Assembly (NCBI GenBank): GCA_964601905.1
Contig: CAZRPN010000001.1
Coordinates: 33,251-97,250, forward strand
Reading direction: 5' to 3'
From: an uncultured Haliangium sp.
Lineage (GTDB): Bacteria; Myxococcota_A; Polyangia; HGW-17
DNA length: 64,000 nt
Shown here: positions 16,854 through 26,974 of the stretch, one piece after another
Numbering within the stretch: position 1 is the first letter of the stretch
Layout: each line of letters begins with the position of its first letter
Program-made: the position numbers and the translations under genes
The notes under the pieces: model-generated
Told to the model about the DNA's origin: nothing
The model's database searches: none
The model's input: the letters and a program-made list of their open reading frames with translations, nothing else

Positions 16854-19502
16854 TTACGACAGCAACGAGATCAGGCGGTTCTTGGCGGTCTCCAGCAGCA
16901 TCGGGAGCTTCTCGGCGTCCCGACCGCCACCCTGGGCGAAGTCTGCCCGTCCGCCGCCGCGCCCGCCGACGAGGGCAGAGAGCTCCTTGAGAAGGTTTCC
17001 GGCGTGGACGGCCTTGAGGCCGGAGGACGCGAAGGTCAGGAGCGCCAGACCGTCATCCTTCTCGGGGACCACGAGGAGTCCGGCGCACCGGCGGGCGTCG
17101 GAGCGGAGTTCGTCGGCCAGACGGGCCGCGCCCTCGCGCTCCAGTTGGGCAAAGTAGGCCACGATGACCTGCACATCCCCGACGCTGTGCGCCTGGGACC
17201 AGAGTTGATCACGCAGGTCCTTGACGTCGGCGGTCGCCTTCTTCGCCTGCTCGGCGCGCAGCTCGTCGATCTGGGCGATCAACTTCTCCACGCGGGCCGG
17301 CACCGCGTCGGGGGGGACCTTCAGCAGGCGGGCCGTGTCCGAGAGGGTCGCGCGCTGGCCCTGGAAGTGGGTCAGCGCACCGTGCCGCGTGACGGCCACG
17401 ATGCGGCGCACGCCGGCCGACAGGGCGCTCTCCTCCAGGATCGCGAAGGAGCCGATCTGGCCGGTCGCCAGGACATGCGTTCCTCCGCAGAGCTCGCGGG
17501 AGAAGTCACCTGCGGAGACGACGCGCACGTCCTCGCCGTACTTTTCTCCGAAGATCGCGACCGCACCGGAGGCGCGGGCCGTCTCCAGATCCATCACGTC
17601 GACGCGGACCGGGGCGTTCTCGAGGATGCGTTCGTTGACGATCCGCTCGATCTCGGCGAGCTCCTCAGGTGTCACGCGGGACGGATGCGTGAAGTCGAAG
17701 CGCAGGCGTCCGGGCTCCACCGAGGAGCCCTGCTGCTGGGCATGTCCGCCCAGCACCTTGTGCAGCGCGTGGTGCAGCAGGTGCGTCGCGGTGTGGTTGG
17801 CCATGGTGTCCAGCCGGCGCTCGCGGTCGACCTTCGCGGTGACCCTGGCAGGAAGCGCCGCGGCCGAGCCTTCGACGAGCCGGCCGTCATGGAGGACGTA
17901 GTCGCCGAACTTGCGGGTCGCGGTGACCTCGAACAGGAATCCTTCGCCTAAGACGCGGCCCGTGTCGCCGGTCTGGCCGCCGCTCTCGGCATAGAATGGC
18001 GTGCGGTCGAGCACCAGCACCGCGTCGCCGCTGACCAGGGCCAGCGGCGTGGCCTCGCAGAGCGTGCCGTAGTCGCGGGCGTCCGGATCGTGCGGATAGC
18101 CGGCGAACAGGGTCGGGGCCACGCCCTCGAGCTCGTCGAGGGACAGCGTGGTGTACACGCGCTTCTTCCCTTCGCTGGCCTTCTCGTGTCCGGCCTCCGC
18201 GGCGCTCCAGCCGGCCTCGTCCACACGCAGGCCCCGTTCGCGGGCCATCAGTTCGATCAGATCGCGCGGGAATCCGTAGGTCGCGTACAGTTGAAACGCC
18301 CGCTCTCCGTCGAGGACGACCGTGCCCGGGGCCAGCTCCGCGGCGAGCTCGTCGAAGCGCCGGATGCCCTGCTCGATGGTGCGGCCGAAGGCGGTCTCCT
18401 CGCTCGTGAGCACGGCCTGCACATGTGCAAGGCGCTGCCCGATCTCCGGGAAGATGTCCGCATAGATGCTGGCCACGGTGGGTACGAGCTCACCGAGGAA
18501 GGGATCGGACAGGCCCAGGAACTGCCGTCCATAGCGGACCGCGCGGCGAAGCAGGCGGCGCAGGACGTAGCCGCGGCCGGTGTTGGACGGCGTCACGCCG
18601 TCGGTGATCGCCATGCACAAGGTGCGGGCGTGGTCGGCGATCACGCGGAAGGCGATGTCGGTCTTCAGTTCGGTCCCGTAGGGGATCCTGCACAGGGTGG
18701 TGAGGTGATCGAACAGCGGGGAGAACAGATCCGTGTCGTAGTTGCTGAGCTTGCCGTTGACCAGGCCAACGAGGCGCTCGAAGCCCATGCCGGTGTCCAC
18801 ATGCTTTGCGGGAAGCGGCTCCAGATGCCCGTCGGGCAGCCGGTTGTACTGGATGAACACCAGGTTCCACACCTCCATGTAGCGGGCGCAGTCCCCGTTG
18901 ACGCGGCACGTGTGGCCGGGGACGCCCTGCCGGTCGCAGGCGGCCGGTCCGCGATCCACGTGGATCTCGGTGCAGGGGCCGCAAGGGCCGCTGTCGCCCA
19001 TCTCCCAGAAGTTGTCCTTGGCGCCGCAGTAGTGCAGGTGCCCCTCGGGGACCTTCACCCGGCGCAGCCAGATCTCGGCGCTCTCCTCGTCACGCGCGAC
19101 CGACGCGTTGCCCTCGAAGACGGTCACGTAGAGCTTCTCCTCCGGAAGCCTGGCGACGGTGGTCAGGAACTCCCAGGCCCACTCGATGGCCTCGATCTTG
19201 AAGTAATCTCCGAAGGACCAGTTCCCCAGCATCTCGAAGAACGTGTGGTGGTACGTGTCGATGCCGACCTCTTCGAGATCGTTGTGCTTTCCGGAGACGC
19301 GGATGCACTTCTGCGTGTCGGCGACCCGGGTGTAGGGACGGGATCCGGTGCCCAGGAACACGTCCTTGAACTGGTTCATGCCGGCGTTGGTGAACAGCAG
19401 CGTCGGATCGTCCTGCGGGAAGACGGGCGCCGACGGCACGACCCGGTGCCCGCGCTGCGCGAAGAAATCCAAGAACAGTTGACGGATTTGGGAAGCTGTC
19501 AT
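16854..19502 (-). CDS. alaS: Alanyl-tRNA synthetase
   Basis: Class II catalytic core (FTNAGMNQFK, FFEMLGNWSFGDYFK), editing domain HxxxH/CxxxH (TATHLLHHAL...GGTH), C-terminal DHHA1-like domain. 882 aa. Confidence 0.95.
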   Translation of the reverse strand: MTASQIRQLFLDFFAQRGHRVVPSAPVFPQDDPTLLFTNAGMNQFKDVFLGTGSRPYTRVADTQKCIRVSGKHNDLEEVGIDTYHHTFFEMLGNWSFGDYFKIEAIEWAWEFLTTVARLPEEKLYVTVFEGNASVARDEESAEIWLRRVKVPEGHLHYCGAKDNFWEMGDSGPCGPCTEIHVDRGPAACDRQGVPGHTCRVNGDCARYMEVWNLVFIQYNRLPDGHLEPLPAKHVDTGMGFERLVGLVNGKLSNYDTDLFSPLFDHLTTLCRIPYGTELKTDIAFRVIADHARTLCMAITDGVTPSNTGRGYVLRRLLRRAVRYGRQFLGLSDPFLGELVPTVASIYADIFPEIGQRLAHVQAVLTSEETAFGRTIEQGIRRFDELAAELAPGTVVLDGERAFQLYATYGFPRDLIELMARERGLRVDEAGWSAAEAGHEKASEGKKRVYTTLSLDELEGVAPTLFAGYPHDPDARDYGTLCEATPLALVSGDAVLVLDRTPFYAESGGQTGDTGRVLGEGFLFEVTATRKFGDYVLHDGRLVEGSAAALPARVTAKVDRERRLDTMANHTATHLLHHALHKVLGGHAQQQGSSVEPGRLRFDFTHPSRVTPEELAEIERIVNERILENAPVRVDVMDLETARASGAVAIFGEKYGEDVRVVSAGDFSRELCGGTHVLATGQIGSFAILEESALSAGVRRIVAVTRHGALTHFQGQRATLSDTARLLKVPPDAVPARVEKLIAQIDELRAEQAKKATADVKDLRDQLWSQAHSVGDVQVIVAYFAQLEREGAARLADELRSDARRCAGLLVVPEKDDGLALLTFASSGLKAVHAGNLLKELSALVGGRGGGRADFAQGGGRDAEKLPMLLETAKNRLISLLS

Positions 19503-19529
19503 GGTTGCACCTGTGCTGGGTGGAGTGGT

Positions 19530-20582
19530 TCAGACGTTGAAGCGGACGTGCAGGATGTCGCCGTCGCGCACGATGTAATCCTTGCCTTCGAGGCGGTGCT
19601 TGCCGCGCTTCTTCAGTTCGCCTTCGTTGCCCCTGACCTCGACGATGTCGTCGTAGGTGAACACCTCGGCCCGGATGAAGCCCTTCTCCAGGTCGCTGTG
19701 GATGACGCCGGCGGCCTGCTTGGCGGGCGTGTTTTTCGTGATGGTCCAGGCACGGACCTCGTCGGGCCCCACGGTGAAGAAGCACATGAGGTTCGCCAGG
19801 TCGTAGGCTGCCCTCAGCAGGCGTCCGGAGAGCTTCTCGGTCAGTCCCAGGTCCGAGAGGAACAGTTCCTGATCCTCGGGGGCGAGCCGGGAGATCTCCT
19901 CCTCGACGCGGGCCGACAGCAGGAACGGACGCACCCGGTGGTGCTCGGCGAGCTTCTCCATCGCCTCGTCGGGCTTTTCGGAGAGGCGGGCCTCGTCGAC
20001 GTTGATCGCCGCCAGCGCGGGCTTCTGGGTGAGGAACGAGAACCCGCGCAGGGCGTTCTCCTCCTCGGCGGTCAGCCCGAAGGAGCGCAGCGGGAGTCCG
20101 GACTCCAGATGCGGCAGCAGGCGCTCGACCAGCACGACCAGGCGGGGATCCTTGCCGGCGGCCGTGGCGGGCAGCTTGCGCTGCTTCTCGAGATACTTGC
20201 TCACGTGCTCCAGGTCCACGAGCACCATCTCCGTGAGCAGGTTCTCCAGCTCGCCCACGGGATCGGGCTGCTGTCCGTCGGCCGAGAAGGCGCCCACGAG
20301 CAGCACGAGCAGGTCCATGGCCTTGGCCTCCTGGACGTTGGACAGCGCCTTCTTGTCACGGCTGGCGGCGGGGAAGTCCGAGAACACCAGCTCGGCGTGG
20401 ATGGTGCGCTTGGGCTGGTACAACTTCGTGAGGACGTCCAGCCGCGGGTCGGGCACCTTCACGGTGCCCAGGTGCGTCTGCTGCCGGTCCCCCGAGAAGC
20501 CGGTGGGGATGTTGAAGCCGGTGATGGCGTTGAACAGGGTCGTCGAGCCGGCGTTTTCATAGCCGTACAATCCGATTTTCAT
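19530..20582 (-). CDS. ychF: Ribosome-binding ATPase YchF (Obg-family GTPase with C-terminal TGS domain)
   Basis: G1 motif GYENAGSTTLFNAITG, C-terminal TGS (KDYIVRDGDILHVRFNV). Confidence 0.9.
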   Translation of the reverse strand: MKIGLYGYENAGSTTLFNAITGFNIPTGFSGDRQQTHLGTVKVPDPRLDVLTKLYQPKRTIHAELVFSDFPAASRDKKALSNVQEAKAMDLLVLLVGAFSADGQQPDPVGELENLLTEMVLVDLEHVSKYLEKQRKLPATAAGKDPRLVVLVERLLPHLESGLPLRSFGLTAEEENALRGFSFLTQKPALAAINVDEARLSEKPDEAMEKLAEHHRVRPFLLSARVEEEISRLAPEDQELFLSDLGLTEKLSGRLLRAAYDLANLMCFFTVGPDEVRAWTITKNTPAKQAAGVIHSDLEKGFIRAEVFTYDDIVEVRGNEGELKKRGKHRLEGKDYIVRDGDILHVRFNV

Positions 20583-20612
20583 GATGCTATCCGTCAGTGG
20601 AAAAGAGGAAGA

Positions 20613-21308
20613 TTAGAAGTCAAACATGGTCCCCAAAACGAACGGTGTCGGCAGGTTGGTTCCCGGGCCGATGAGGGCGACGCCGGTGTCCGGTCCCGTC
20701 AGGCGGTGGTTGGAAGGCTCGTCCTTCTGGGCCACATAAAGGCGCGCCATCTCCTTGTTGTACTGCCAGCTCATGATCGGGGCATAGATCATGTCAGCCA
20801 CCCAGAAGGTCGCGTACAGCGCCACGCCGATGTAGAACTTGTTGATGTTGGCGTCGCGCTGGTCGCGTTCGAGGTTGAAATACGAGAAGATGAAATACGA
20901 GCCCACACCCTGGCCGATCGTGATGATCAGGCTCTCGATCTTGCGATCGGCGTACAAAGAACCAAGACCCGCCGGAATGGCCGCGAAGTAGATCTTCGAA
21001 TCCTTGAGCGTCGATTCATCGCCCTGGGACTCGAAATATTTGTTCATGAAGGTCGCGGTCATGCCCCATGCGCCGGTGGCGAAGGCGATGAACCAGGCCT
21101 GCATGGGCTTCTTCGTGTTCTCGAGGTAAATGTTGTTCCGCCCCTCGGCCATGAAGTTTGCGGGCGCCATTTCCCACCAGTTCAACTGGTTCTGGCCGAT
21201 CTGCGGCAGAAATGGGACGGACAGATTCAGCGGTTCGGCGGACTGGGCGGGATGTGCCCAGGTCCAGAGAATAGAGACGGTGAGAATCGAACAGATCCAG
21301 GGTTTCAT
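20613..21308 (-). CDS. Secreted hypothetical protein, possibly an outer-membrane beta-barrel (C-terminal ...GTMFDF). Signal-peptide start MKPWICSILTVSILWTWA.
   Basis: Signal peptide, alternating amphipathic segments, terminal aromatic residue. The N-terminus is visibly AT-richer than the surroundings. Confidence 0.5.
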   Translation of the reverse strand: MKPWICSILTVSILWTWAHPAQSAEPLNLSVPFLPQIGQNQLNWWEMAPANFMAEGRNNIYLENTKKPMQAWFIAFATGAWGMTATFMNKYFESQGDESTLKDSKIYFAAIPAGLGSLYADRKIESLIITIGQGVGSYFIFSYFNLERDQRDANINKFYIGVALYATFWVADMIYAPIMSWQYNKEMARLYVAQKDEPSNHRLTGPDTGVALIGPGTNLPTPFVLGTMFDF

Positions 21309-21447
21309 GGAGCCTCCCATTCGTGGCGATGACAATACTCCGCGGGGAAGGAAAAGTCCAGATCATATAATTGAGAGGCGCGGCAGGCGGACCCCCTGAC
21401 GCTCCGGGTCCGGCTTGGCGCCACGCGGATCCCGGATTCGGCCGCGA

Positions 21448-23421
21448 CTATTTCAGTTTGCGCTCATACCCTTCCGCCGCCTCCGGCAGTTCGAGGTCCC
21501 GCGCGAGGGCTGCGGCCAACTCCAGATAGGTCTCCCGGTCAGGGTCCAGGATCAGCGCCCGCCGGATGGAGGTGAGCGCCTCGGCCAGCAGCGGTCGCTT
21601 CCGTCCGGGGGGCGTCCGACCAGACAGCGCGAGCGCGCGGTCCGTGCGCGCCAGTTGGGCGAAAATCCGCGGATCCGAGCCGTCGACGGACACCGCGCGC
21701 ATGAGGATCATCCGGGCGTTCTCATGGCGGAACCAGGCGGATTCGATGCGGGCCTGCAGGGTGACGACCACGCCCAGTTCCGGTGAGACCGCGCGGCCCA
21801 GCGCCTGGAAACGGGCGGCGGCCGACAGTTGGCCGTTGTGCAGGAACACCTCGCCCCAGGCACACAGGATGCGGGCGGTCTGCCAGCGCACGAACGAGGG
21901 CTGCCGTCCCACCGGAGACAGCAGCGCGCGGGCCAGTTGGTCGAGCTGGCCGGGCGAAGGATCGGCCAACTGGCCCCTGGGCACCGGTCGTCCGATCAAC
22001 GGTGAGAGCGGCTCCAGTCCCCAGTCCGGCGGCAGTCGGTCGAACAGCAGCGGCGACCACAGATCGCCCGCCTCGACCTTCAGTCTGCCCCGACCGACCA
22101 CGATCATCCGAAGGCCGTCGGGTCGGTGCCGCAGCAGGGCGAAGGCGGCCTGCCACAGGGACCACTGTTCGTTGGGCACCAGCAGGGTGGAGCCGGACGG
22201 GAGCGTCGAGGCCGTCTCCAGGGCCCACCGCGGGTTGGCGGCCTCCAGGTGGAAGCGTTCTCCGCCGTCGGAGAGCCAGGTGGCCAGCGGACCCACCAGC
22301 AGGAAGAAGACGACGAAACCGGTCCTGGCCATCGGCTCGGCCAGCCTGCGGGACACGAGCTGGACACCCCGGGCGCAGGCGATCCAGAGCGCGGCCGAGA
22401 ACAGCCAGCCCGTCTGCGCCAGTCCCAACGAGCCCGGCATCATCCACACCGCCCAGGCCCACTCGGCCATGCCCAGGCCCAGCAGCACGTAGAACTTGCT
22501 CTGATCCTTGCGGGGCCACAGTCCCACGAGGACCAGCGGAAGCAGGATCACGGGAATGGAGTCGCCCAGGTGCTCGAACTGGTGCACCAGATCCGGGAAC
22601 CAGACGAAGGAGTGCACCGAGGCGATGCGCGGCCCCGCCAGCTCCAGCTCAGGACGCATGGACAGCGTCTGCATCCAGCCGGAGAAGACGGTGCCGTCGG
22701 CCAGCGCCGGGCCGAACCGGTGGGCCGCCAGCGGGATGTAGATGGCGACCGAGGCCCCGGCGAGTCCGAACAGCGGCGAGGCCAGCACGGCCGTGCGGTT
22801 CGAGGCGTGCATCCACAGCAGGTAGGCCAGAAACGGCACCAGCAGCAGACGGAACACCGGATGCACGCCCACGAAGCCGAGCCCCAGCACGAAGGCCGCG
22901 GCCCACAGGCGGCGCGCGTCGGTCAGCGGCCACTGCAGGAGGCGCAGCAGGACGACCACGCACAGGAACGTCAGCGGGATCGGTGAGAAGAAGAACGTGT
23001 TGCGGAAGAACAGGATGCCCGCGAACATGCCGACCGGCGGCAGCAGGCTCACGAGCGGATCGTCGAGGATCTCCCGGCTCAGGCGCGTGAAGTGGTACAG
23101 CGCGACTCCCATGATCAGGCCATTGAGCACGATCAGGTTGCCGCCGGGGGAGCCCAGGGGCAGCACCAGCGTGAAGGCGGTGAGCTGGTGCAGCAGGGAA
23201 TAACCCGGCATCGGGCCCGCTCCCATCTGCAGGGCGGCCGCGGCCAGCTCCCCGCTCTCGGCCGCGGTGTCATGGAACAGGAAGACGAAGAAGACCCAGT
23301 AGCCCGCGCAGACCGCGAGCGCGGCCGGCCCCGGCTGCCAGAGGAGGTCCAGGAGCCGTCGGATGATCGCTTTTTCCTTGACTTTCTGAAGCCTTTCGTT
23401 CAACTCCGGCTCTCTACTCAT
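21448..23421 (-). CDS. Polytopic membrane protein of the DUF2723/TMEM260-like (glycosyltransferase-39-like fold) type with a C-terminal TPR-like tail
   Basis: About 11 TM helices N-terminally, TPR-like C-terminus (ARFQALGRAVSPELGVVVTLQARIESAWFRHENARMILMRAVSVD...). Confidence 0.6.
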   Translation of the reverse strand: MSREPELNERLQKVKEKAIIRRLLDLLWQPGPAALAVCAGYWVFFVFLFHDTAAESGELAAAALQMGAGPMPGYSLLHQLTAFTLVLPLGSPGGNLIVLNGLIMGVALYHFTRLSREILDDPLVSLLPPVGMFAGILFFRNTFFFSPIPLTFLCVVVLLRLLQWPLTDARRLWAAAFVLGLGFVGVHPVFRLLLVPFLAYLLWMHASNRTAVLASPLFGLAGASVAIYIPLAAHRFGPALADGTVFSGWMQTLSMRPELELAGPRIASVHSFVWFPDLVHQFEHLGDSIPVILLPLVLVGLWPRKDQSKFYVLLGLGMAEWAWAVWMMPGSLGLAQTGWLFSAALWIACARGVQLVSRRLAEPMARTGFVVFFLLVGPLATWLSDGGERFHLEAANPRWALETASTLPSGSTLLVPNEQWSLWQAAFALLRHRPDGLRMIVVGRGRLKVEAGDLWSPLLFDRLPPDWGLEPLSPLIGRPVPRGQLADPSPGQLDQLARALLSPVGRQPSFVRWQTARILCAWGEVFLHNGQLSAAARFQALGRAVSPELGVVVTLQARIESAWFRHENARMILMRAVSVDGSDPRIFAQLARTDRALALSGRTPPGRKRPLLAEALTSIRRALILDPDRETYLELAAALARDLELPEAAEGYERKLK

Positions 23422-24175
23422 CCAGGTACTGCACGCGGAAATCGATGGCCGTTCCGGGCTTGACCGGGGTCTTGCCTTCGGGCGACGTTCCGTAGATGTA
23501 ACCGTTGGGGCTGTCGGAGACGTCGACGTAGCTCACCTTTCCGAGGGTCAGTCCCAGTTTTTCGAGCTCCTCGGTGATGGCCTTCTTGCTGAAGTTCTTG
23601 CCCTTGTAGTCCGGAACCATCAACTCCGAGGCCGCCTGGGCGACCACCAGTTCGATCGTCGCGCCGGCCGTGACGGCCTGTCCGGGTTCGATGTTCTGGC
23701 TCAGGATCTGGTCCGGCGCGGCGTTCTTGTCCTCGCGGGGCTTGACCTGCACCACCAGGCCGAGCTTCTCCAGCTCAGCGCGGCCGGCGGCCACGTTCTT
23801 TCCGACCACCAGGGGCACGGCCGACGGCGGCGGGCCGGCGCTCACCTCGACGACGATGGACTGTCCCGGGACGATCATCGATCCGGCCAGCGGAATCTGG
23901 CTGTGGATCAGGCCGGCGGCCACCGTGGCGTGGGGTGTGGTCCTGGCCAGGGAGAGCAGCAGGTTCTTTTCCTTGAGGATGATCTTGGCGTCGTCGGGTC
24001 GAAGGCCGAGCAGGCGCGGCACCTCCACGGCGGCGGGCGCCTCGGGGGCCTTGGCCTCAGGCTTGCCGTTCCGCATGTGGGGAACCAGCAGGATCTGCAG
24101 GGCCACGAAGGTGAGGGCGGACGTGATCAGGGACGTGGTCACGGACAGGGCGATGATGCTGGAATTGCGGCTCAT
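23414..24175 (-). CDS. Membrane-anchored stand-alone PASTA-domain protein (3 PASTA repeats)
   Basis: N-terminal TM anchor, then three repeats of about 65 aa, each ending in a hydrophobic beta-hairpin (VPRLLGLRPDDAKIILKEKNL..., VPLVVGKNVAAGRAELEKLGLVVQV..., VPDYKGKNFSKKAITEELEKLGLTLGKVSYV...). 8-bp overlap with the downstream gene. Confidence 0.8.
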   Translation of the reverse strand: MSRNSSIIALSVTTSLITSALTFVALQILLVPHMRNGKPEAKAPEAPAAVEVPRLLGLRPDDAKIILKEKNLLLSLARTTPHATVAAGLIHSQIPLAGSMIVPGQSIVVEVSAGPPPSAVPLVVGKNVAAGRAELEKLGLVVQVKPREDKNAAPDQILSQNIEPGQAVTAGATIELVVAQAASELMVPDYKGKNFSKKAITEELEKLGLTLGKVSYVDVSDSPNGYIYGTSPEGKTPVKPGTAIDFRVQYLDE

Positions 24176-24196
24176 GAAATTCTCCTGATACGGCGC

Positions 24197-24703
24197 TCAG
24201 TACGAGATGTCATCGCACTGCCCCGTGGACTGGATGTACAGGAAGGCCCGCTGGCAGGCCTTGACCACGGCCAGCTCCTCGCCTTCCTCCTTGTGACTCT
24301 TCTGCCACTCCGGCAGGCTCTGCCTGGCCAGGTCGCACGCCTTCTGGAGGTCTGCGCTCTGCCGCTTCTGGGCACAGCCGCACACCATGCGGATGAACTT
24401 GTCGCAGACCATGACGCCGGTGCCGGCGGGACGGGTTGCAGGGTCGCCGGGTCCGGCCGCCGCCGTGCCGGGTGTCGTTCCACCGGGAGGATCCTGCGCG
24501 ACGCCGGTCGCCGACGGGGTACCTGCGACCGTCGAGGCGTTTGAAGCTGCCGGCTGCATGACGGCTCCGGCGGGATCGCCGGGATCATCCCCGGACTCCT
24601 TCCCGCCCGTGGACGTCCCACGGGAGCAGGTCATGCACAGCAGCGCGAGGCCTGTCCAGAGGATGGCCCAAAGCGGTGGCTGTGGAAACGGATGTCTGGT
24701 CAC
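24197..24703 (-). CDS. Hypothetical lipoprotein with a Gly/Pro/Thr-rich linker and a Cys-rich C-terminal domain
   Basis: GTG start, signal peptide with lipobox-like LLCMTC-S, low-complexity linker, C-terminal CxxxxxCGC...C...C cluster. Confidence 0.5.
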   Translation of the reverse strand: MTRHPFPQPPLWAILWTGLALLCMTCSRGTSTGGKESGDDPGDPAGAVMQPAASNASTVAGTPSATGVAQDPPGGTTPGTAAAGPGDPATRPAGTGVMVCDKFIRMVCGCAQKRQSADLQKACDLARQSLPEWQKSHKEEGEELAVVKACQRAFLYIQSTGQCDDISY

Positions 24704-24816
24704 ACGGCAACTCCTTGACGGGCCCTATTATTCAAAATTCGGGGTCGAATGCAACATGCCTTGATGATTCCGGGTCGATTCTGTTGTATACTGTCGCGTC
24801 CGAACGGGAGGTTCCC

Positions 24817-25299
24817 ATGCCTGCAGCGGAAATTGATCCGCGCATTCTGCAGAAGGTGCTCTGCCTGCAGAACAGTTCGTTCTTCAGCAATCTGCCCTTC
24901 GATCTTCTGCTGGAAATCGCCCGGCTGGGCGAGGAGATACACGTGTCCAGCGGGGAGACGCTGTTCGAGGAGAAGGACCCGGCCGACGGGCTGTACTTCG
25001 TGCTCAGCGGCGAACTCGAGATCCGCATGGGCGGCGCCTGTGTGAACCGGCTCACCGACGGCTCCGTGCTCGGCGAGATCGCGCTGCTCGACGGCGGGGT
25101 GCGCACGGCCTCCTGCGTGGCGCGCGGAAACGCGCTGCTGCTGAGGTTCGAGCCGGTCCTGTTCGATGAGATCGTCGAGGACTACCCGGAGGTGGCGCGC
25201 CGCGTCCTGGCCACCCTCGTGGAGCGGTTCCGCGCCCTGGGAGAGAAGCTCGAGCAGCCCGCTCAGCAGGAAGGGGAGATGTGCAGTCCCGCGTCCTGA
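24817..25299 (+). CDS. Cyclic-nucleotide-binding (cNMP/CAP-effector) domain protein
   Basis: GETLFEEKDPADGLYFVLSGELEI...GEIALLDGGVRTASCVA, a typical cNMP-binding beta-roll. Start at MPAAEID. Confidence 0.7.
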   Translation: MPAAEIDPRILQKVLCLQNSSFFSNLPFDLLLEIARLGEEIHVSSGETLFEEKDPADGLYFVLSGELEIRMGGACVNRLTDGSVLGEIALLDGGVRTASCVARGNALLLRFEPVLFDEIVEDYPEVARRVLATLVERFRALGEKLEQPAQQEGEMCSPAS

Positions 25300-26732
25300 T
25301 CATCGACGACGATGAAACCCTGCAGCGTGCCTGGACCCATTTCCTCAAGAAATTCCAGATCGCCCAGGCCTTCAACTTTGAGGAGGGCCTGCGCATGTTC
25401 TCCGAGGGCGATCCCGACATCGTCCTCCTGGACATCGTGCTGCCCGACGGGAACGGCCTTGACCTGCTGCACGCCTTCAAGAGCGCCCGGCCCCTGGTTC
25501 CCGTGGTGGTGATCACCGGCCAGATGGACATGCAGTTGGCCACCTCGGCGGTCAAGGGAGGCGCCTACGACTTCCTGACCAAGCCCGTCAACGCCGAGCG
25601 GCTGCGCGTGACCATCGACCGGGCCGCCGAGACGGCGCGGCTGAACCGTGAGGTCCGGACGCTGCAGACGGAGAAGCTGCTCGAGAGCCTTCAGCAGAGC
25701 CCGCTGGTGGCCACCAGCCAGGCCATGCAGGACGTGCTGGGCGTGATCCAGTCGGTGGCGTCCCGCCAGACGACGGTGCTGCTGCTCGGACCCTCCGGCG
25801 TGGGCAAGACACGGCTGGCCCGCATGATTCACCAGCTCAGCGGACGCCGGACACATCCGTTCGTCGAGGTGAACCTCACGACGATCAACGAGGGCATCCT
25901 GGAGAGCCAGTTGTTCGGACACGTGCGCGGCGCCTTCACGGGCGCGGTGCGCGAGAACCAGGGGTTGTTCAGCGCCGCAGAGGGCGGCACGATCTTCCTC
26001 GACGAGATCGGAGAGATCCCGCCGGCCGTGCAGGTGAAACTGCTGCAGGTGCTGCAGGATCGCGTGTTCTATCCGGTGGGTGCCACGCGGCCGCAGGAGG
26101 TGGACGTCCGCGTGGTGGCAGCCACCATCCGGGATCTGCAGGCGCTGGTGAGGGCGGGCCGCTTTCGCGAGGACCTGTTCTACCGCCTCAGCGTGTTTCC
26201 GGTCACCGTCCCGCCGCTTTCCACCCGCAAGGCCGACATCCCCCAGCTGGTCCAGTTGGTCGTCCGGAAGATCTGCCTGAAGGAAAACCAGCCGGTCAAG
26301 GAGGTCAGCCCCGAGTTCCTGCAGATGGTCGTGGATCAGTCCTGGCCTGGAAATGTCCGCGAGCTGGAGAATGCTGTGGAGTACGCCATCACCGTGGCGC
26401 AGGACCGCATGCGGCTGGAGGTTTCCGATCTGCAGGCGTATCTCAGGAACTTCTCGAACCCGGAGCCGGGCAACGGGGTGGGCGGGCGCACCGTCGCCCT
26501 GCCTTCGCTCGAGAGCACGTTCTCGCTGGACGAGCACCTCGACACCGTGGCCCGCGAACTGATCGCCTACGCCATCGCCAGGGAAAACGGGAACGTGACG
26601 CGGGCCGCCACCCGGCTTGGACTCTCCCGTCGGCGCATGGCCCTGTACATGGAGCGGCTCGGTCTGAGCGCTCCCAACTCGCGGGGTCGCCCCCGCGTGC
26701 AGTCATCAGGAGTGAAAAATGGACAAGGATAA
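25281..26732 (+). CDS. Sigma-54-dependent response regulator (NtrC/Fis family: REC + AAA+ sigma54-interaction + HTH)
   Basis: REC domain (LIIDDD...[14 protein letters not shown]), Walker [15 protein letters not shown] motif ([11 protein letters not shown]), ESELFGH-like (ESQLFGH), C-terminal Fis-type HTH. Confidence 0.9.
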   Translation: MQSRVLIIDDDETLQRAWTHFLKKFQIAQAFNFEEGLRMFSEGDPDIVLLDIVLPDGNGLDLLHAFKSARPLVPVVVITGQMDMQLATSAVKGGAYDFLTKPVNAERLRVTIDRAAETARLNREVRTLQTEKLLESLQQSPLVATSQAMQDVLGVIQSVASRQTTVLLLGPSGVGKTRLARMIHQLSGRRTHPFVEVNLTTINEGILESQLFGHVRGAFTGAVRENQGLFSAAEGGTIFLDEIGEIPPAVQVKLLQVLQDRVFYPVGATRPQEVDVRVVAATIRDLQALVRAGRFREDLFYRLSVFPVTVPPLSTRKADIPQLVQLVVRKICLKENQPVKEVSPEFLQMVVDQSWPGNVRELENAVEYAITVAQDRMRLEVSDLQAYLRNFSNPEPGNGVGGRTVALPSLESTFSLDEHLDTVARELIAYAIARENGNVTRAATRLGLSRRRMALYMERLGLSAPNSRGRPRVQSSGVKNGQG

Positions 26733-26955
26733 GAATCGAACACCCAGGGAGAGCCGGACGCATGAATCCGAGCGCGAGAAGGTCGCCGTGAAGATCACCT
26801 ATGACACGCACAAGCGGCTCAAGCTGCTTTCGATCGTCGAGGACCGATCCGTCTCGGACATCATCGACGAGATCGTCCGGGACCGCTATGGCAAGCGCCA
26901 GAAGGAAATCGAGACGTTGATCAAGATCGCCGGAAATCCCACGAAGGTCATCTGA
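26719..26955 (+). CDS. Small ribbon-helix-helix-like protein (78 aa), hypothetical
   Basis: AGGAGTG RBS; VKITYDTHKRLKLLSIVEDRSVSDIIDEIV resembles an RHH (CopG/Arc) beta-strand plus helix. 14-bp overlap with the regulator gene. Confidence 0.45.
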   Translation: MDKDKNRTPRESRTHESEREKVAVKITYDTHKRLKLLSIVEDRSVSDIIDEIVRDRYGKRQKEIETLIKIAGNPTKVI

Positions 26956-26974
26956 CCGGTCTGACCAGGCTTCT

